A stretch of 64,000 nucleotides of DNA from assembly GCA_965216875.1 (NCBI GenBank), contig OZ244207.1, positions 1,696,001-1,760,000 of the forward strand, written 5' to 3'. A program made the position numbers and the translations under genes. The notes beneath the pieces were generated by a model that was not told the origin of the DNA, did no database searches, and worked only from the letters and a program-made list of their open reading frames with translations. This document shows positions 60,278 through 64,000 of this stretch, one piece after another (the stretch's first letter is position 1; every line of letters starts with the position of its first letter). The DNA comes from Rubripirellula sp. Lineage in GTDB: Bacteria; Planctomycetota; Planctomycetia; Pirellulales; Pirellulaceae.

Positions 60278-60980
60278 GCCAGAAGATTGTCGTCTGAATT
60301 CAGGAAATAGAACTTTCGACCATCTTAGTCAGCGTCACAAGATTCGCTTTTGATGGTCGGTTTTCACGTCGAAAAGCTGCTCTTTTGAGCCCCCACATTG
60401 CTTGTAACCCCTCCATATGTCAGGAGTTCTGCTAGATCGCTCGTACTTTTGCCGCAATTGGGCCCGCCAGGCGGTGCGACCCTGAGGCTGCCGAAGCCCC
60501 ACTTTCGCTGCAACTGAACGCTCATTTCGCTGCAACTCTGGCCTCAAAATGCCCGCCGGAGCACCTTCCACTGACGGTCAAGGCTCAAACGTGCATTAAA
60601 CAGAGCGGCCCAAAACCGCGACCCAAACAGAGCGACGCTCCTGAAAAGGACGCGACCCAATGCAAATGGAGTGACTGGGGAGAATATTCGTATGACTTGG
60701 GGGGAATCTTGCCAGACGCTACGATAAAGCAAGCGGCGGAGCCCGAACTATTCCCAATTGGCGAGGAAAACCGGGGCAAACCGCGTGGAAACAGACCGGG
60801 GCAATTCCGCCGTGCCACGCCAACGCTCAAACTCGACTGTCGATCCCATTATCGAGGTCGCTTTTCGATGAAATAATCGAGCGTCCATTCCCAACGAATG
60901 ACCGAGTTGGGACATACTGTCACACAACCTGACCGCTACCCAAATCCCGCAAAAGAAACGGCGGCAACCGAGAAACGATC

Positions 60981-61781
60981 GTGATGCTGAAGAAGCAAAA
61001 AAAGTTGATCCTGAATTCCGAACAGCAAGACTCGATGCGGCGTGCCGGTCGAGTCAACGCACAGTTGATGGACTACCTGCGCCCTCACGTGAAAGCGGGA
61101 ATCACGACGGGGCAGATCGATGAAATGGTTCATTCCTGGACGATGGATCACGGTCACAAACCTGCCACCCTCGGCTACCAAAACTACCCCAAGAGTTGCT
61201 GCACGAGTATCAACGACGTCATTTGCCACGGCATCCCTGACGACTACGAGCTCAAGCCGGGTGACATCGTCAACGTCGACATCACGACAGTGGTGGACGG
61301 CTGGCACGGTGACCAAAGCGAGACGTTTTTGGTTGACGAAGTGACCGAAGAAAAACGGGCGGTCACACAGTGCGCATTCGACTGTCTCTACCTTGCCATC
61401 GAGGCGTTGACCCCTGGATGTCGCGTCAGCACGATTGGTGAAACGGTTGTCCCCGAAGCACACAAACGCGGTTTCACTGTCGTACGCGAATACGTTGGGC
61501 ATGGCTTGGGACGACAATTTCACCTCGACCCGTCGATTCCCCACTTCCCGAATCGGCAGAGCCGAATCGATCGCCTTTACCCCGGCATGTGCTTTACCGT
61601 CGAACCAATGATCAATGCAGGGTCGCGGTACACGCGCAGTGACAAAGTCGACGGATGGACCGTCCGCACAAAAGACAGTCGACCATCGGCGCAGTTCGAA
61701 CATTCGCTGCTGATGACGGAAGAAGGCCCCGAGATCCTCACGCTCACTCAGAACGGCCCGCGACGAGGGCATCAGTTCTAA
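60981..61781 (+). CDS. map: Type I methionyl aminopeptidase
   Basis: CTSINDVICHGIP, DGWHGD, GHGLG..FH, EPMIN and AQFEH. Confidence 0.97.
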   Translation: MMLKKQKKLILNSEQQDSMRRAGRVNAQLMDYLRPHVKAGITTGQIDEMVHSWTMDHGHKPATLGYQNYPKSCCTSINDVICHGIPDDYELKPGDIVNVDITTVVDGWHGDQSETFLVDEVTEEKRAVTQCAFDCLYLAIEALTPGCRVSTIGETVVPEAHKRGFTVVREYVGHGLGRQFHLDPSIPHFPNRQSRIDRLYPGMCFTVEPMINAGSRYTRSDKVDGWTVRTKDSRPSAQFEHSLLMTEEGPEILTLTQNGPRRGHQF

Positions 61782-61882
61782 GCCGACCTCGGTCGCTTTT
61801 TCGCGGTTCTCCATTCGCGCTGCGCTGGTGACGGGTATGCCAAGCCAGCATGTTTCTCCCTCCCTTCCCGCCTGCCTAGCTC

Positions 61883-62800
61883 ATGATGCAACTCGGATTT
61901 GTAAGCGCCATCGTTCCCGACTTGACGCTTGAAGAAGTCTTCTCGACGGCAGCTGAGATTGGATACGACTGTGTGGAAGTGATGTGTTGGCCGATGGGCA
62001 AAGCCACTCGTCGCTATGCCGGTATCACACACATTGACGTCGCCAGCCTCGATGATGCTGCTGTCGAGCAGATCCATGCACTGCAAGAGAAGTATGGCGT
62101 TTCGATCAGTGGCCTTGGCTACTATCCCAACGCACTCTCGGGCGACCAAGCGGAAGCCGATGCGGCTGCGGCACACATCAAAGCGGTAATCGCTGCAACG
62201 TCAAAGCTTGGCCTCACCCGGATGAACACGTTCATTGGTCGCGATTGGACCAAGAGCGTCGATGACAATTGGCCAAGATTCCTGGAAACATGGCGGCCGA
62301 TCATCAAACACGCCGAAGATCACGGCGTGAACGTGGGGATCGAGAACTGCCCGATGTTGTTCACTGCTGACGAATGGCCCGGTGGTAAGAACTTGGCCAG
62401 CAGTCCGGCGATCTGGCGGCGGATGTTTGAGGACATTCCGAGTGATCATTTTGGGCTCAACTACGACCCGTCTCACATGATTTTCCAGCACATGGATTAT
62501 CTCAAGCCGATGCGCGACTTTGCGTCGCGGCTATTCCATGTTCATGCAAAAGATGTGCGAGTGGACCAGCATCGGTTGGATGACGTCGGGATTCTGGCTT
62601 TCCCGAACGACTACCACACGCCGAAGTTGCCCGGCATGGGTGGTGTGAATTGGGGCGACTTCTTTTCGACGCTCACATCGATCGGCTACCAAGGTCCTGT
62701 GTGCGTCGAAGTCGAAGACCGCGCCTACGAGGGATCTGTCGAGTCGTGCAAGAAGGCGTTGGTGCAAAGCCACACCTTCCTGAGGAATTACATCCCCTGA
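61883..62800 (+). CDS. Sugar phosphate isomerase/epimerase (xylose isomerase-like TIM barrel)
   Basis: IENCPM, NYDPSH, HVHAKD, PGMG and VEVED. Confidence 0.9.
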   Translation: MMQLGFVSAIVPDLTLEEVFSTAAEIGYDCVEVMCWPMGKATRRYAGITHIDVASLDDAAVEQIHALQEKYGVSISGLGYYPNALSGDQAEADAAAAHIKAVIAATSKLGLTRMNTFIGRDWTKSVDDNWPRFLETWRPIIKHAEDHGVNVGIENCPMLFTADEWPGGKNLASSPAIWRRMFEDIPSDHFGLNYDPSHMIFQHMDYLKPMRDFASRLFHVHAKDVRVDQHRLDDVGILAFPNDYHTPKLPGMGGVNWGDFFSTLTSIGYQGPVCVEVEDRAYEGSVESCKKALVQSHTFLRNYIP

Positions 62801-62839
62801 GTTGAACCACGCTGGTCGCGGCTACCGCCCTCGTTACGT

Positions 62840-63205
62840 CCTCGTTCCCACGGTCCCCGTGGTAACGCACTCTTCGACGCTCCGCGTCTCTTTTATGCAC
62901 TGCCGCGTTGTCGGCGGAAGCACGAGAAGATCCCGGCTAAAGCTCGGTACTACGAACGCTACCGCCCTCGTTCCCACGGTCCCCGTGGTAACGCACTCTT
63001 TGACGCTCCGCGTCTCTTTTATGCACTGCCGCGTTGTCGCCAGAAGCGCGCGAAGGTTCCGGCTAAAGCTCGGTACTACGAACTCTACTGACCGTAGCTA
63101 CCTTCGCCAGAAGGTGGATTGCGCTGGTGTTCCGCTCTCTAAAACTCCACGCTCTGGCGAGCGTAGCTGCTGCTGAAGGGCCCGACGCTAGCGCGTTCGG
63201 CTCAC
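62840..63205. repeat. 126-bp tandem duplication (families D and I), followed by an A doublet and B
   Basis: Units at 62840-62957 and 62966-63083, A at 63094-63170, B in reverse at 63179-63205. Confidence 0.9.
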
Positions 63206-63230
63206 GAAGGCAAAAGGCGACGATGGCGAA

Positions 63231-63929
63231 CTACGCTCGCAGGGGCAGCGGGCTTTCGCTCAACGCTTGCAGCCGTTCTGTCAGGTCTGACTGAGCGAGT
63301 TGGCCCGTTGGAGCGAACACAAACCAAGGGCGCGCTTTCCGGATCACGCCCTTTTCTAAAAACTCGCCGAACAACCGAAGTCGCAGGCGGCTGTCATCGG
63401 AAAGGTCGGACGTGAAGGGGCGATCGTGCGGACCGAGCAGGACCGCGACGCTTCCACCTCCTGGAGTGTCGCTTGCAATCGTTATCGGGGCTGAACCCGA
63501 CGAAGCTTCATCCACCCGCTCGATCGACGTCGACATGACATCGATATCGAGTGTGGGGTGGGTGTCGAGTCGATCGGTTTGAATCGCAATTGTCGTCTCA
63601 AGGACAAACGACTGGTCGCAACTCTCGATCACTCGATAGACGACGCGCAACTCGTAGATGCCGTCGCCTTGCGGGTAGTAGACGTGGTACTCGTCGCCAC
63701 GAACGAAGGCTTCGCTCGCAGACCCCAACGCTTGTTGATCGACCGCAGAAAGGGACAACAAGCGTTTTGAGTTTGAATCCGAGGCGTTCTGTGGTCGACC
63801 AGACATCACGGCGATCCCGTTGGAACCGCCACGCGCGTCGAGAAACCAGGAAGCGTCATCGCCCGGGACGCTCTCGCCCGAGTCGCTCTCGCTCCAGGCG
63901 GCCAATCCGAGTTCTTTGGTCGTCCACAT
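63231..63929 (-). CDS. Hypothetical protein
   Basis: ORF ending FLEKGVIRKAR...PLPLRA. Start uncertain because the frame stays open to the window edge. Confidence 0.65.
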   Translation of the reverse strand: MWTTKELGLAAWSESDSGESVPGDDASWFLDARGGSNGIAVMSGRPQNASDSNSKRLLSLSAVDQQALGSASEAFVRGDEYHVYYPQGDGIYELRVVYRVIESCDQSFVLETTIAIQTDRLDTHPTLDIDVMSTSIERVDEASSGSAPITIASDTPGGGSVAVLLGPHDRPFTSDLSDDSRLRLRLFGEFLEKGVIRKARPWFVFAPTGQLAQSDLTERLQALSESPLPLRA

Positions 63930-64000
63930 AAGGTTGCCTGATCTAGCCAGCGTATTCGGCGCTGAAGAACTCTTTGCTCTTTTCAACTTCGGGCTTGATC

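Noticed and set aside
60801..60817. Sigma-54 promoter on the minus strand (TGGCAC...TTGC)
   Set aside because: GG-to-GC spacing is 12 nt rather than the required 10.
60770..60830. c-di-GMP-I riboswitch-like start (GGGCAAACC...GAAA)
   Set aside because: The stem pairs poorly, and the following GACGCAAAG and second hairpin are missing.
712..61814. Long antisense ORFs (e.g. 2622-3515, 17987-19069, 30196-31239, 60936-61814)
   Set aside because: They are shadows of well-supported genes on the other strand in GC-rich DNA, with no recognisable motifs.
6341..63176. Short ORFs and ORF extensions with recurring peptides (VATLARAW, LLAKVAT, FPRGPWER, EPNALASG)
   Set aside because: These are translations of REP modules, not genes.

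Overview
A 64-kb GC-rich chromosomal segment. Gene content and dense GTAG-type palindromic repeats suggest a planctomycete, probably Pirellulaceae (inferred, not database-checked). Housekeeping genes include parA/parB, carA, ndk, rnpA, a DnaJ-class chaperone, ispG and map. It also carries an RND efflux pair cut by the left edge, peptidases, a lipid cluster (OleD-like SDR, FabF-type ketosynthase, ACP, phytoene-desaturase-like oxidoreductase) with a second, catalytically altered ketosynthase nearby, and a T2SS/T4P-like trio (barrel-less secretin-N protein, GspE, GspF). One intact IS1380-family element sits inside a REP. Nearly every intergenic gap holds mosaics drawn from about ten palindromic repeat families. 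The strongest candidates for an uncharacterised system are: (1) an operon for a cNMP-binding/4x[4Fe-4S] protein, a diheme-b-like membrane protein and a membrane-anchored decaheme cytochrome c, followed by a degenerate FHA-GGDEF protein; (2) a divergent pair of an atypical sigma-70 and a CarH-like MerR/B12-fold regulator lacking both cobalt-ligating His residues, with a shared AAACGTTCA motif at both promoters. No rRNA, tRNA or CRISPR array was seen. All calls come from reading motifs by eye, and no searches were run.
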